From an uncultured Nitrospiraceae bacterium (GTDB taxonomy: Bacteria; Nitrospirota; Thermodesulfovibrionia; Thermodesulfovibrionales; Dissulfurispiraceae), in contig CAVPIW010000010.1 of the NCBI GenBank assembly GCA_963705105.1, forward strand, positions 96,001 through 160,000: a stretch of DNA of 64,000 nt, in the 5' to 3' direction. Shown piece by piece: positions 20,512-31,035 of the stretch. A program made the translations under genes and the position numbers. Position 1 is the first letter of the stretch; every line of letters starts with the position of its first letter. The notes beneath the pieces are model-generated. The model was given only the letters and a program-made list of their open reading frames with translations. It had not been told where the DNA came from and made no database searches.

Positions 20512-21659
20512 AACGGCTCGTCATCCTCGGCTCGACAGGGTCGATCGGGAGGAGCGCTCTCGAAGTGGTGTCGCAATTTCCCGGCCTCTTTCAGGTGACG
20601 GGCCTGACGGCGGGCGGGAATGTCGCCCTCCTCAGGGAGCAGATCGGGCGGTTTCGTCCCGACGTCGTCGCCGTCAATGACGAGTCGTCCTGGCGGGACC
20701 TCAGGAAAAGCCTCGCCGGTCCGGGGGCGCCCGAGATACTCTGCGGCGCGGAAGGGATAACCACCGTCGCCGAACTGCCCGGAACGGATACGGTCCTGTC
20801 GGCGATCGTCGGCTCGGCAGGGCTTATCCCGACACTCGCCGCCGTGAGGAAAGGAAAGACCGTCGCCATCGCAAACAAGGAGACCCTCGTCATGGCAGGC
20901 TCCCTCGTCATGGCGGAGGTGAAAGCCTCAGGAGCGACCCTGCTCCCCGTCGACAGCGAACACAGCGCCATCTTCCAGTGCATAAACGGCCGGCGCGACT
21001 CCGTGAGGAAGATGATTCTCACCGCGTCGGGAGGGCCCTTTGCGGGACGGACACGGAAGGAGCTGCAGCATGTGTCTCCCGGCGAGGCCCTCAATCATCC
21101 GAACTGGAGCATGGGGAGGAAGATCACCATCGATTCCGCCACCCTCATGAACAAGGGCCTGGAGGTGATCGAAGCCCACCACCTCTTTGACATGCCCGCG
21201 CCGTCGATCGACGTCGTCATCCATCCCCAGAGCATCATCCACTCCATCGTCGAGTTCCATGACGGGAGCTATCTCGCCCAACTCTCCAGGCCGGACATGA
21301 AGGGACCGATCGCCATGGCCCTCGCCTATCCCGAAAGGCTCCGTTCCGTCATGGAGCCCCTCGACTGGGACAAACTCTCCCGCCTTACCTTCCGGAAGCC
21401 GGATACGGGGACTTTTCCCTGTCTCAACCTGGCCTATCGGGCCGTGGCATCGGGGGGGACCCTTCCGGCCGTCCTGAACGCCGCGAACGAGGTGGCCGTG
21501 CAGGCCTTTCTCGACGGGGTTATCGGTTTCAACGACATACCTGTTATAATAGAAAAAGTTATGAATTCTCATGACATTCAGTCTGCAGGCAGACTGGGGG
21601 ATATACTTGAAGCGGACCTTTGGGCGAGGTCGCAAGCGGGGGAGGCGGTGAAGCGATGA
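20508..21659 (+). CDS. dxr: 1-deoxy-D-xylulose-5-phosphate reductoisomerase
   Basis: LGSTGSIG, ANKETLV, PVDSEHSAIFQ, HPNWSMGRKITIDSATLMNKGLE. Confidence 0.98.
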   Translation: MKRLVILGSTGSIGRSALEVVSQFPGLFQVTGLTAGGNVALLREQIGRFRPDVVAVNDESSWRDLRKSLAGPGAPEILCGAEGITTVAELPGTDTVLSAIVGSAGLIPTLAAVRKGKTVAIANKETLVMAGSLVMAEVKASGATLLPVDSEHSAIFQCINGRRDSVRKMILTASGGPFAGRTRKELQHVSPGEALNHPNWSMGRKITIDSATLMNKGLEVIEAHHLFDMPAPSIDVVIHPQSIIHSIVEFHDGSYLAQLSRPDMKGPIAMALAYPERLRSVMEPLDWDKLSRLTFRKPDTGTFPCLNLAYRAVASGGTLPAVLNAANEVAVQAFLDGVIGFNDIPVIIEKVMNSHDIQSAGRLGDILEADLWARSQAGEAVKR

Positions 21660-22726
21660 CGTTTCTGTCGGCTATACTTCTTTTCGGGTTTCTCATCTTC
21701 ATCCACGAACTGGGGCACTTCATCTTCGCCAAGCTGAGCGGCGTCAGGGTCCTCAAATTTTCCCTCGGTTTCGGGCCCAAGGTCATCGGGAAAAAAATCG
21801 GCGAAACGGAGTATCTCCTGTCGGCGGTTCCCCTGGGCGGCTACGTGAAAATGCTCGGCGAGGAGACGGAGGATGAGGTGGACGACTACGACGAGAGCCG
21901 CTCCTACAAACATCAGCCCGTCCGAAAGAGGGCGCCGATCATTCTCGCCGGACCAATCTTCAACATCATGACGGCTGTCGTCATATTCTTCTTCCTTTTC
22001 CTGGGCGGCATCCCGGCCCTCCTGCCCGTCATCGGCGAGGTCATGCCCGACACCCCGGCCGGCAACGCGGGGCTCCAGAAGGGAGACCGGATCCTCGAAA
22101 TCGACGGGACAACTATAGCGCAGTGGACCGACATGACGGAGATCATCTACGCCAGCGCCCGGAAGCCCCTGACCATCAGGATCCAGCGGGCGGGGGAAGT
22201 CTTCACGAAGGAGATCGTGCCGGACAGCAAGATGGTGAAGGACATCTTCGGAGAGGAAAGGGAGGTGGGCCTCATCGGCGTGAAGCCCGCGGGCGATACC
22301 TTCGTCATCCGGGAAGGCCCCGTGAGCGCCCTGAAGAACGCCTTCGTCAAGACCTGGGACATCTGCGCCCTCACCCTCGTGGGCATCGTCAAGCTGATCC
22401 AGCGGATCATACCGGCCGACACGATCGGCGGACCCATTCTCATCTTCCAGCTTGCCGAGAAGCAGGCGACGGCGGGGGCCATGAATTTCTTCACCTTTGC
22501 CGCCGTCATCAGCATCAACCTCGGCATCCTGAACCTCCTGCCCATCCCGATCCTCGACGGCGGGCATCTCGTTCTCCTCGGCATCGAGGCGATCCGGAAG
22601 AAGCCCCTGAGCGAACGGGTCGTCCTCATCGCCCAGCGCATCGGCATGGCCCTCATCATCACCCTTATGGTCTTCGCCATGTACAACGACATCTTCAGGC
22701 TCATCACGGGAAAACCCCTTCCCTAG
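21656..22726 (+). CDS. rseP: RIP metalloprotease RseP
   Basis: HELGH, PDZ domain, NLLPIPILDGG; canonical position after dxr. Confidence 0.95.
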   Translation: MTFLSAILLFGFLIFIHELGHFIFAKLSGVRVLKFSLGFGPKVIGKKIGETEYLLSAVPLGGYVKMLGEETEDEVDDYDESRSYKHQPVRKRAPIILAGPIFNIMTAVVIFFFLFLGGIPALLPVIGEVMPDTPAGNAGLQKGDRILEIDGTTIAQWTDMTEIIYASARKPLTIRIQRAGEVFTKEIVPDSKMVKDIFGEEREVGLIGVKPAGDTFVIREGPVSALKNAFVKTWDICALTLVGIVKLIQRIIPADTIGGPILIFQLAEKQATAGAMNFFTFAAVISINLGILNLLPIPILDGGHLVLLGIEAIRKKPLSERVVLIAQRIGMALIITLMVFAMYNDIFRLITGKPLP

Positions 22727-22734
22727 GGCTTCTC

Positions 22735-23199
22735 ATGCGCCCTGCAACGCTCAAACACCTCCACTCGGCAGGCGGCGTCCTGTACCGCAGACGGCATGAT
22801 GCCGCCGAGATCGCCCTCATCGCGCTCAAGGGAAAGTCCGTCTGGACCCTGCCCAAGGGGCTCATCGACAGGGGAGAGCAGCCGGAAGCGACGGCCGTCA
22901 GGGAGATCATCGAAGAGACAGGCCTCACAGGCAGGATCGTCGACCTGCTCGGAGAGCGGTCCTACTGGTTCTTCCTGAAAGATGACAACGTCAAGTGCCG
23001 GAAAACCGTGACCTACTACCTGCTCGAGTACGTCAGCGGCGACATCGAGAATTACGGGTGGGAAGTCGATGAGGCCCGGTGGTTCCCCATCGACGAGGCG
23101 GTCGGAAGGGTGTTCTACAAGAGTGACCGCGAGATTCTCCGGAAAGCCGGCGAGAAGATCGCCCGGATCCGGGACTCCTCCGGCCCGTCAGGGACATGA
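22735..23199 (+). CDS. NUDIX hydrolase
   Basis: LPKGLIDRGEQPEATAVREIIEETG Nudix box. Confidence 0.9.
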   Translation: MRPATLKHLHSAGGVLYRRRHDAAEIALIALKGKSVWTLPKGLIDRGEQPEATAVREIIEETGLTGRIVDLLGERSYWFFLKDDNVKCRKTVTYYLLEYVSGDIENYGWEVDEARWFPIDEAVGRVFYKSDREILRKAGEKIARIRDSSGPSGT

Positions 23200-23663
23200 G
23201 CAAGGTCGCCGGGCGCAACGCCCTGAAGGAGACCGTCGACGGCCTGAAGGCACTCGGCAAAAAGATCGTCTTCACGAACGGGTGTTTCGACCTCATCCAT
23301 GTCGGCCATGTGAGATACCTCCGGGAGGCGAAGGCCCTGGGCGACGTCCTCGTCGTCGGGCTGAACTCCGATGATTCCGTGAGGAGGCTCAAGCCGAACA
23401 GGCCTGTCATCCCCGAGGCCGAGAGGACCGAGGTGCTGGCCGCCCTTGAAATGGTGGACTATGTAACCCTCTTCCACGAAGATACCCCCTATGAGCTCAT
23501 CAGTCTGCTGCGGCCGGACGTCCTTGTCAAGGGAGGGGACTGGAAGAAAGAGGACATCGTCGGCGCCGACATCGTCCCTGACGTCCGCAGCCTCCCCTAT
23601 GTCGACAACATCTCGACGACGGGCATCATAGAGAGGATCCTCGCCCTCCCGCGCAGCGGGTGA
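23196..23663 (+). CDS. rfaE2: D-glycero-beta-D-manno-heptose 1-phosphate adenylyltransferase
   Basis: FTNGCFDLIHVGH, GLNSDDSV, VKGGDW. Confidence 0.92.
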   Translation: MSKVAGRNALKETVDGLKALGKKIVFTNGCFDLIHVGHVRYLREAKALGDVLVVGLNSDDSVRRLKPNRPVIPEAERTEVLAALEMVDYVTLFHEDTPYELISLLRPDVLVKGGDWKKEDIVGADIVPDVRSLPYVDNISTTGIIERILALPRSG

Positions 23664-23795
23664 GACTAATCGCCCCGTCACGCTGTGACTGCCGCCACCC
23701 GAACTACGTGGATACATCAGGCGGGGACTATGCCATACGGGTGGGCCGAAAGCGCCGGAGTGAAAAACGATCAGCTATCCTCGCTCAGCTGTATC

Positions 23796-24001
23796 AACCT
23801 TGAGTTGCATAAAAAGGCGGGGCGAAGCGCTCTGAAAAACAGTGTCAGTGACAGTGTGAGTGTCAGCAAAAGGTTCACCCTTTTTCAGCCGCCGGCCTGA
23901 AATGGTCTTTATGGAAAGGCAAAGGTTTTGAAGCACCGATGCTTTTCGGCGCATTCACCCCAGCCCCGCCTTTCCAAAAAGCATATGCAACGATAAGGTT
24001 A
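23796..24001 (+). repeat. dispersed MITE-like repeat family, copy E
   Basis: AACCTTGAGTTGCATAAAAAGGCGGGGCGAAGCGCTCTG ... ATGCAACGATAAGGTTA; the end supplies the stop of ORF 23999. Confidence 0.8.
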
Positions 24002-25045
24002 TCTGTTCCGGACAAGTGTGTCAACTGAAATATCCCCTGAACAGGAAAGAGGGGGCAATCCAAAGGAAACGAACCTTTCTCCGAGATAGGGAGGGGTCAC
24101 ATGCAACGGTACTGCGGCGTCTTCAAGTCCCGGAAACAGAAAAGTGGGCATCAGCAAAGTGTCCGGCTCGAAGGGAAGTGTACCGATGTACGGGCAGGTG
24201 ATCCGGCCTGTGTCATAATCGATTTGGCCGTGGAGACCCGTTATTCTCAGTATGTACCCTCCTGCCGCTTCTTCGACAAGCCCGTTGAATATCATGCTTA
24301 TGACGCCGGTGCCGCTGGCGACGCATGAGTTCGGAAATGCGACGGTGTACGTTGCGACGCCGCCTCCTGTCCCGCCTACCTGGTTGCCCTGTTTTATGCC
24401 GAAGGGAATAAACGCTTCCTCCTTAAATGAGAGGGATCCGTCGGGGGTCGTGCATTGAAGATCGTATACCAGCCTTGCCACTTTTGACTTCACCACGATA
24501 AAGGGATTGGCATAAATGTAGAAGGCGGGTAGCCGGGGAGCATCCGACCCGTGGCGCGAAGATGCGGCAGAGGAGGAAGACAACCCGCCTGCCGGGATGA
24601 CAAGGACGTAGACCGTGTAATCTCCGTCGGGAAGGACGGAAATATCGATGTTTCCCCAGATGGTCTCGTTCACCGGACCCTTCGTCGCGGACTTCCATGC
24701 TACGAGACCCGCATTCAGAGACTGGACAGAGAGATCGGGTCTCACGATGAGGGTGTCGTTTACGGGGGCGGGAACAGAAATACCGACGATTATGTCGACA
24801 GCCTCCTCGAACTCATCGAAACCTATCTGAAGGCGTAACGTGTTGTCACCGGCAGAGAGAGGACCGATGCCGACGGGATGCGCAGCGGCAGGATCTGATT
24901 TTATCGAAGGGTTGCCCGACGGCAGTATCGAGAAGACCTCCTGCCCGAGAGGCAGGGGAATCGCCGCGTGAACCGGGCCGCTCATGATAACCGATAACAG
25001 AAGAACCGATAGCATGGTCTCCTTCACAATCGTCCTCCTCGCCAT
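23999..25045 (-). CDS. exported hypothetical protein
   Basis: 348-aa ORF with signal peptide (..PVHA) and beta-rich, Cys-containing C-terminal half. Confidence 0.65.
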   Translation of the reverse strand: MARRTIVKETMLSVLLLSVIMSGPVHAAIPLPLGQEVFSILPSGNPSIKSDPAAAHPVGIGPLSAGDNTLRLQIGFDEFEEAVDIIVGISVPAPVNDTLIVRPDLSVQSLNAGLVAWKSATKGPVNETIWGNIDISVLPDGDYTVYVLVIPAGGLSSSSAASSRHGSDAPRLPAFYIYANPFIVVKSKVARLVYDLQCTTPDGSLSFKEEAFIPFGIKQGNQVGGTGGGVATYTVAFPNSCVASGTGVISMIFNGLVEEAAGGYILRITGLHGQIDYDTGRITCPYIGTLPFEPDTLLMPTFLFPGLEDAAVPLHVTPPYLGERFVSFGLPPLSCSGDISVDTLVRNR

Positions 25046-25415
25046 TGACTGGCTGTTTGCTTTCTTTCTTCATGTATAACCGAGAACGGGGGGAAAGTCA
25101 ATCACTCTTTCTTGGGGTCAGACTTGCGAATTGCTTTAAGCAGGCGGACTGTCTCATGAGATGCCGGCCATTTTGAACATTAAGATATCTGACTTCTTGC
25201 ACTAATTCTCTGCTGTTGCTTTAAGAATCTGCATTATTCTGTGACATTTATGATGACGCTTCTCCCACCCCTCCCATTCCCGCGGGTCAATCGTTTCGCC
25301 AAGTGACCAATGAAATGCAATCGCTCCTTGAGAATCCCTCCATGCTCATTCTCACTGTGCGGGCAATCACTGCCATTGAGTCAACAATTGGAATATCTTT
25401 AAGGCGATACCCATC

Positions 25416-25820
25416 TTGATCCGACACGAGTGCGCAATGGAAAAACATACATGTTTCAGAACACATATCCTCTCCGCCTGCAGAACACTCTTAATCCTCC
25501 TTCTGTCCACAGGCCCGGCCCTGTCACAGACGATGCCATCTTCGCACGGCGCCTATTATCCTGCCATCTTTGTCACCGATAACAAAGAAAACACCTATGC
25601 ATATTCAGTCACAGATGCGTCATCGTCGAAAGAAGAGATCGACGGGATAAAAAAAGGGCGGAATGATATGAAGGATATCGATTTGATCTACCCGGAAAAC
25701 GACGTCGCCAAATGCAGGACGCTGCGGACACATGTTATCAACGGCAAGGCGGCACAGATTGCCTATTACGTCTACTTCGGACGGGACGCTGACGGGGTAT
25801 GGAGGATCGATAGGTTTTAG
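25416..25820 (+). CDS. hypothetical exported protein/remnant ending YYVYFGRDADGVWRIDRF
   Basis: Signal-like N-terminus; NTF2-like C-terminal motif; directly upstream of the next ORF. Confidence 0.45.
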   Translation: MIRHECAMEKHTCFRTHILSACRTLLILLLSTGPALSQTMPSSHGAYYPAIFVTDNKENTYAYSVTDASSSKEEIDGIKKGRNDMKDIDLIYPENDVAKCRTLRTHVINGKAAQIAYYVYFGRDADGVWRIDRF

Positions 25821-25845
25821 GGAAGTTGCAGGAAGGAGGGAACTG

Positions 25846-28461
25846 ATGTTCGGAAGTGTAATGATTATGCTGGTGGTGCTCTTTTTTGCCGGTCTTGATT
25901 CCGCGCATGCAAGCATCGGGTGGATTGTCTATTACGAAGATGCTTTTCAGGGAAAAGTCATCGATACGGACACGAAAGAACCGATAGAGGGAGCCGTGGT
26001 CGTGGCTGGCTACGCTATCAGAACATATGGCTTGATCGAATCCGATACAGACGTTGTTGACGCAAAAGAAGTGCTCACGAATAAGAAGGGGGAATTCTAC
26101 ATCCCTGCTCATATTTTCTTCAGTCTTTATCCAGTCGCCAGGGGTGAGACACCGGAGTTTATCGTCTACAAACCGGGCTACACCGCTTATCCCGGGAGAG
26201 GATACGATTATTTTAGTTATTTCCCCCGCGGCCCTTTGAGTACTGGTATTGATAATACGGCGAGACTATTCAAGAAAGGTGTGACAGTTGAACTGAAAAA
26301 GTTAGCGATAGCCGAGGAACGATTGAGAAACGTCCCAGCCGGATTCAATGACATGCGATCAAGACAACTTCCTCTTCTCTATCGGGCAATCAATGAGGAG
26401 AGAAAACTTTTCCGATTGAAGGAGGTCTATAAAATGAGATGGTTGAAATATACTGCAATTTCATTTATTGCATTAATCTGCTTTTCCTCTCCTTGTTTCT
26501 CCTTGGAGACTGTCTCACATGAATTCCTCAATGAAAAAATTGCATCAGGCTCTACGGGATACTCCCTTCACTCACTATTGATAAACAGGATCGGTATGAG
26601 AGACGGGGTGGAAACTGAATTAAATGGCAAAGAAGTGTGGAGATGGGTCCGCGACGGCGGACTCTATGAAGACAGGCCGCCCTTTGCCATGCCCTATTCG
26701 CGGTCATTCAACCATTTCCATGATCCCCTCTCCAATGTCGGTTATCTTGGATTATGGAGTTCATCGGTGATATGGGGCCAATTGCCAAGAACGACTCAAT
26801 CACAGGGGGGCTGGTACTCGTGGCACGATGCGAGAAATTATTTCTATCAGGCCCTCACGAGAAAGAGTAACAGGGAAAAAGAAGAGCAATGGGCGAGGAC
26901 CTTCCGTGCCCTCGGGCAGCTCATGCATCTCGTGCAGGACTCCTCGGTCCCCTCTCACGTGAGAAACGACGGGCATCCCGATGGGTTCGAGTACGAGGAT
27001 TGGCTGAAAAAGCATCCCGAGTTCCTGCGCCATTTCACTTCACCCGTTTCATTCGACAGATCTGTCCTGTTTTCTGAAACAAATCGACCGGGCATGTGCC
27101 CGATTACGCCCCTATTCGACACAAATACATATAATGGCTTTAATCCTCTCGCCACGTTGAGCCCTACTGTCGGCCTCACCGAATTCACCAACGCCAATTT
27201 CTTCAGCGAAGACACGATCTTCAGAGGCTATCCCCATCCGGCAGTCGAAGACACAACCTATGGAGACATCACTTGGGCGAATCCTGAAATAACGGATGCG
27301 GAGGATCGTATCAAAGACAATGTCATCTATATCAGGGATAAAAAGAACGGATATCGCCTTGCTGCAATGGGATATTTCTCTTATGATGTGAAGAGAAAAC
27401 TTTCCTCCGGCGAGCAGGTCGACAAGGGCTATGAATTTCTTCCCCTGGTGCTGTATGACGACATCTACAGAGATTACGCCGCCCATCTCATTCCCCGTGC
27501 CGTCGGGTACTCGACCGGCCTTCTGGACTACTTCTTCAGGGGCAACATCTACATCGGTCCCACCGACAAAGGCGTCTTCTCCTTCATCCACTACGACGAC
27601 GATCCGGGCAAAGGGTTCCAGAAGCTCACACTCAGCGCATTGAACATCACCTCCTCCGGTGAAGAGATGCGCGACGGCAGCATTGAACTGGTCGTGAAGT
27701 TCAAGCGGGCACTTGAGAATCCCTTCCGTGTCCGCACCTCACCGGTTCCTGTGACCGAAGAGTTCGAATACAAGGTCTATCCGGAGGCCCAGGGTATCCG
27801 GTCAATTCCCCGCACGGAGTTCGCCACCCTCGAATTCGACCTGAGCAGCGATCCCATCCCCCTGGAAGCCGTCGATCTGTCCATCCAGATCGTCTACAAG
27901 GGACGGCTCGGCGCAGAGGCGGAGGCTGTCGTCGTGGGGTTCAGCAACATCGGGGAACCCACCCCTTTTGATGTGTATAACAGCATGGACCGCTTCTGCC
28001 TGTATAACAAGTGGTACATTGCGGGAAGCGACGAGATCCTGCAGCAGACGGACCCTCTCGGCAGGCCCATCACCATGACTGCCGACGTCTTCTCCCACGA
28101 TCTGAAAGACATCTATGTGAGGTTTTCCTTCTACTGGACGCCGAAGGCAGTTTCACCGACAGACTACCAGTATCACATTCCTCTGCTCAAGGCGGGACAG
28201 TACAAGCGGGTCTATCTGCTGACCGAATCCTATTTCATCGTCAGTCTTTACCCGTCCAAGATCGAGCACACCGATCCTGAGGACAACCTGTGGATGAGAC
28301 CGATGCCGGTGATGACCTATGCTGAAGCGGCTGTCTGGAATCAGGAGGGGTCGATTCCCCGGGGATGGACATTCAGGGGATTGGACACCTTCGCCAATGC
28401 CATCATTCTCCCCTGGCCCTTTACTGCGACGTCGAAATGCGATCCGAAATACATTCCGTAA
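25846..28461 (+). CDS. carboxypeptidase-regulatory-like domain protein fused in frame to a secreted Zn-dependent phospholipase C/P1-nuclease-like protein (second start 26434)
   Basis: GKVIDTDTKEPIEGAVV; internal GGAGG-ATG 26434 with a new signal peptide; NHFHDP and LGQLMHLVQDSSVPSHVRND. Confidence 0.7.
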   Translation: MFGSVMIMLVVLFFAGLDSAHASIGWIVYYEDAFQGKVIDTDTKEPIEGAVVVAGYAIRTYGLIESDTDVVDAKEVLTNKKGEFYIPAHIFFSLYPVARGETPEFIVYKPGYTAYPGRGYDYFSYFPRGPLSTGIDNTARLFKKGVTVELKKLAIAEERLRNVPAGFNDMRSRQLPLLYRAINEERKLFRLKEVYKMRWLKYTAISFIALICFSSPCFSLETVSHEFLNEKIASGSTGYSLHSLLINRIGMRDGVETELNGKEVWRWVRDGGLYEDRPPFAMPYSRSFNHFHDPLSNVGYLGLWSSSVIWGQLPRTTQSQGGWYSWHDARNYFYQALTRKSNREKEEQWARTFRALGQLMHLVQDSSVPSHVRNDGHPDGFEYEDWLKKHPEFLRHFTSPVSFDRSVLFSETNRPGMCPITPLFDTNTYNGFNPLATLSPTVGLTEFTNANFFSEDTIFRGYPHPAVEDTTYGDITWANPEITDAEDRIKDNVIYIRDKKNGYRLAAMGYFSYDVKRKLSSGEQVDKGYEFLPLVLYDDIYRDYAAHLIPRAVGYSTGLLDYFFRGNIYIGPTDKGVFSFIHYDDDPGKGFQKLTLSALNITSSGEEMRDGSIELVVKFKRALENPFRVRTSPVPVTEEFEYKVYPEAQGIRSIPRTEFATLEFDLSSDPIPLEAVDLSIQIVYKGRLGAEAEAVVVGFSNIGEPTPFDVYNSMDRFCLYNKWYIAGSDEILQQTDPLGRPITMTADVFSHDLKDIYVRFSFYWTPKAVSPTDYQYHIPLLKAGQYKRVYLLTESYFIVSLYPSKIEHTDPEDNLWMRPMPVMTYAEAAVWNQEGSIPRGWTFRGLDTFANAIILPWPFTATSKCDPKYIP

Positions 28462-28837
28462 TTATAACCATCGGGAACTGAACGCATTTGTGGCTTAGAA
28501 ACGAAGCAGACTCCGAGTTCGGCGGGATAGTTCGCTCCCACGCTGCCGTCCCGACGGGTTTTGTTCCTCGAACAGCATCACTTCATGGTTTCCTTCCCTC
28601 AGATACGTAAGCGCTTATTTGCCGAGCATGAAACCGAATTTCTTTACGGTGCTCAACTGGGCAAAAAACCGGTTCTCTGCCGCCATGGTCTCCTCGCTGC
28701 AGGACTTGCGCGTCGTGCCGATCTGGCTCTTTATTCCCACTCCCGGTATATTCTCTATCATGTCATGATACAAAATATATCATCATCTGTCTGTTCTCAT
28801 CATTGAACTCCCTGTAATCCCGACCCGTCTCTCACCT

Positions 28838-29908
28838 CTACAGCGCCCTCAAACGCAGCACCTTTTCGGCGTTCCCGAGGATATCGTCAGAAAAGCCGTG
28901 AGCCCTCTTGATCCGTATGTCCCGGTCGAGGGGGTTCTTGGTCCTGCAGATCTTGACGTACTCTTCGGGAGTGATGTCATGCGTAAACCAGGGAAGATGG
29001 GGCCACCCGTCGATGGGGATCGGAAAATCGGTGCCGTGGACCAGCCATTCCGGCGGAAAGGTCCCGACGATACCGGGGATGATCGGAAGGCGAGTCGACA
29101 GTGAAAGCGCTGAGGTATCCGCCCAGAGCCTCACCGTCCCGTCAGCGTTTGCATCCTTCATGAAGGCAAGAAAGTCCGCCACGTCGTTGCGGTCGATGAC
29201 CGGAAACACCGGTGAGGCGCAATGGGCCGCGATGACGGTTGCGCCCTCCGCAAGGGGCTTTTCGAGGCCCCTGAAGTGATCCAGTTCCGTATTACGTATC
29301 CCCTCGGGAAAGGAATACTCGGGGCCCACATGACAGAGAAGGGGCATCTGCGCAGCTGCGAGGGCGCTATAGAAGTCCCTGTGTTTTTCGTCTCTCACGT
29401 CTATGTGCTGCGTCGAGGGTATCCACTTGATTAAGACCGCGTCTGTCTCGTCCAGGACATAGGCAAGTTCGGATTCCCAGTCCCTCCTGTTCGGGCTGAC
29501 CGAGGCGCCGAGGTAGAATGTCTTCTCTATCCCTTCGGACCTGAGCCGGCTGTTCAGCGCCTCAACCTTGCGCGCCAGTAGCCTGTTCGACACCCAGAGA
29601 TCCGTCTTTTCTTCATCCAACATGCCCGTCTCTGGAGAATAGACGGCGTCGAGGGCGAGGAGGACGATCCCGTCAGTTTCCGTGGAGGAAGAGAGCATGC
29701 GGTAGAGCAAGGCGAAGTATTCGTCAGTCGATATCATGCCGTCCCTGTTCAGGTCTGCTTCCATTCTCTCCAGGTCTTCCTGGATCAGGCAGGCGAGCAT
29801 CCTCGTGAACAGGAGCTGATTGTCCTCCGCATAGAGGTACACGTCGTTGTCCATATCGTGAATGTCCGTGCCGTTTCCTATCACGTGGCAATGCATATCG
29901 ATTTTCAT
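28838..29908 (-). CDS. amidohydrolase_2 family metal-dependent hydrolase
   Basis: IDMHCH, LLCHVGPE, IAAHCA, ADTSA, HGTDFP. Confidence 0.85.
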   Translation of the reverse strand: MKIDMHCHVIGNGTDIHDMDNDVYLYAEDNQLLFTRMLACLIQEDLERMEADLNRDGMISTDEYFALLYRMLSSSTETDGIVLLALDAVYSPETGMLDEEKTDLWVSNRLLARKVEALNSRLRSEGIEKTFYLGASVSPNRRDWESELAYVLDETDAVLIKWIPSTQHIDVRDEKHRDFYSALAAAQMPLLCHVGPEYSFPEGIRNTELDHFRGLEKPLAEGATVIAAHCASPVFPVIDRNDVADFLAFMKDANADGTVRLWADTSALSLSTRLPIIPGIVGTFPPEWLVHGTDFPIPIDGWPHLPWFTHDITPEEYVKICRTKNPLDRDIRIKRAHGFSDDILGNAEKVLRLRAL

Positions 29909-30074
29909 CTCATCCCCCTCTCCGATCTGCTCGATTGCTCCCCGGTTTCAATTCCCCAACACCTCTTTAGTGTGTGCCGACAGCCGTAATGACAATTCCT
30001 CTTTCCGTGAGCATATATGTCGCTCTATAGTTCGTCGTTATGCTGAATGCCCATTGATCGGCACTTTGTGCAAG

Positions 30075-30596
30075 TTATGCGGAACGTTCGGTCGTTCCAG
30101 TCCAGGGAGTCATTCGGGGCACCCACCGGGGCACATTTGCCCGGTACGCTTCATATGCATTGCCGTACCGACGGCGCAACGTCGGCTCCTCATACCATAG
30201 AACAAAGGCATTGAAAGACATCCATACGACCGTCGCATACCCAATCAGCGACACGCTGCCGAAAAGGAAGGCCTGGCCTGCGATCATGCCCACGACCGCG
30301 AGGTACATGGGATTGCGCACGTACCGGTAAAGTCCTGAGACCACGAGCGCCTCCGTCGGGGCCACCGGCGCCGGCGTGCCGCGCCCCTCCAGCGCGAAGC
30401 GCACAAAGCAGTGCACGAGACTCACCACCCCCATGACAACCAGCATCCCCCCTGCAAACCGCACCGCCAGAACGCCGAGAAACGACGGTTCGAAGCGCCA
30501 TTTGGAGATCATGTAGGGAACCAATCCCGCAACGGCTCCCGGCGCCAATACGAAGAAGATTACGGAACCGACGGTAGACCCAGCCTTTCCTGCCAT
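30075..30596 (-). CDS. isoprenylcysteine carboxyl/phospholipid methyltransferase family membrane protein
   Basis: GRGTPAPVAP, GLYRYVRNPMY, YEEPTL, YRANVPRW. Confidence 0.9.
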   Translation of the reverse strand: MAGKAGSTVGSVIFFVLAPGAVAGLVPYMISKWRFEPSFLGVLAVRFAGGMLVVMGVVSLVHCFVRFALEGRGTPAPVAPTEALVVSGLYRYVRNPMYLAVVGMIAGQAFLFGSVSLIGYATVVWMSFNAFVLWYEEPTLRRRYGNAYEAYRANVPRWVPRMTPWTGTTERSA

Positions 30597-30696
30597 GGAT
30601 TCATCTCAGTGGGATGGCTTCGCTTCTTCCCATCTTGGTCTGTCATCTGATCCGCCTCTCGCCAGCATTATTCTTTTGTTGCCGACTGCATTGTGC

Positions 30697-31035
30697 CTAT
30701 CCGGCCGATTCACTGTAGCGCCTTGTTCGATGGGGCGTTTTTGTGTCCTTCCCTTCTTTCACAAGTCTTAGGTCTATACGATACCCGAGGGCGTGAGCGT
30801 ACTTCCGCAAGGTAGCCAGTGAGGGAGAATGTTTGCCTCGACCAGACTCAAGACGGGCCACTGCTGACTGGGTCGTCCCCATCTTCTCGGCCACCTCCGC
30901 CTGGCTCATACAGGCAGATGACCGTGCCTTCAGGAACTCGTCGAGAAATGCAAACTCATCTTCAAGACGATCGTACTCAGCCTTTACGTCTTCACGCTCC
31001 AGAGCTCGGGACTTAAGTTCTTTGTGTGTGAGCAT
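30697..31035 (-). CDS. XRE-family HTH antitoxin (HigA-like)
   Basis: SQAEVAEKMGTTQSAVARLESG...SPSLATLRKYA. Confidence 0.9.
   Translation of the reverse strand: MLTHKELKSRALEREDVKAEYDRLEDEFAFLDEFLKARSSACMSQAEVAEKMGTTQSAVARLESGRGKHSPSLATLRKYAHALGYRIDLRLVKEGKDTKTPHRTRRYSESAG

Noticed and set aside
23664..23795. Possible ncRNA after rfaE2
   Set aside because: No recognisable family signature or strong structure.
25110..25415. REP-associated transposase remnant (GGGGTCAGACTTG)
   Set aside because: Only a short motif and no sustained reading frame.
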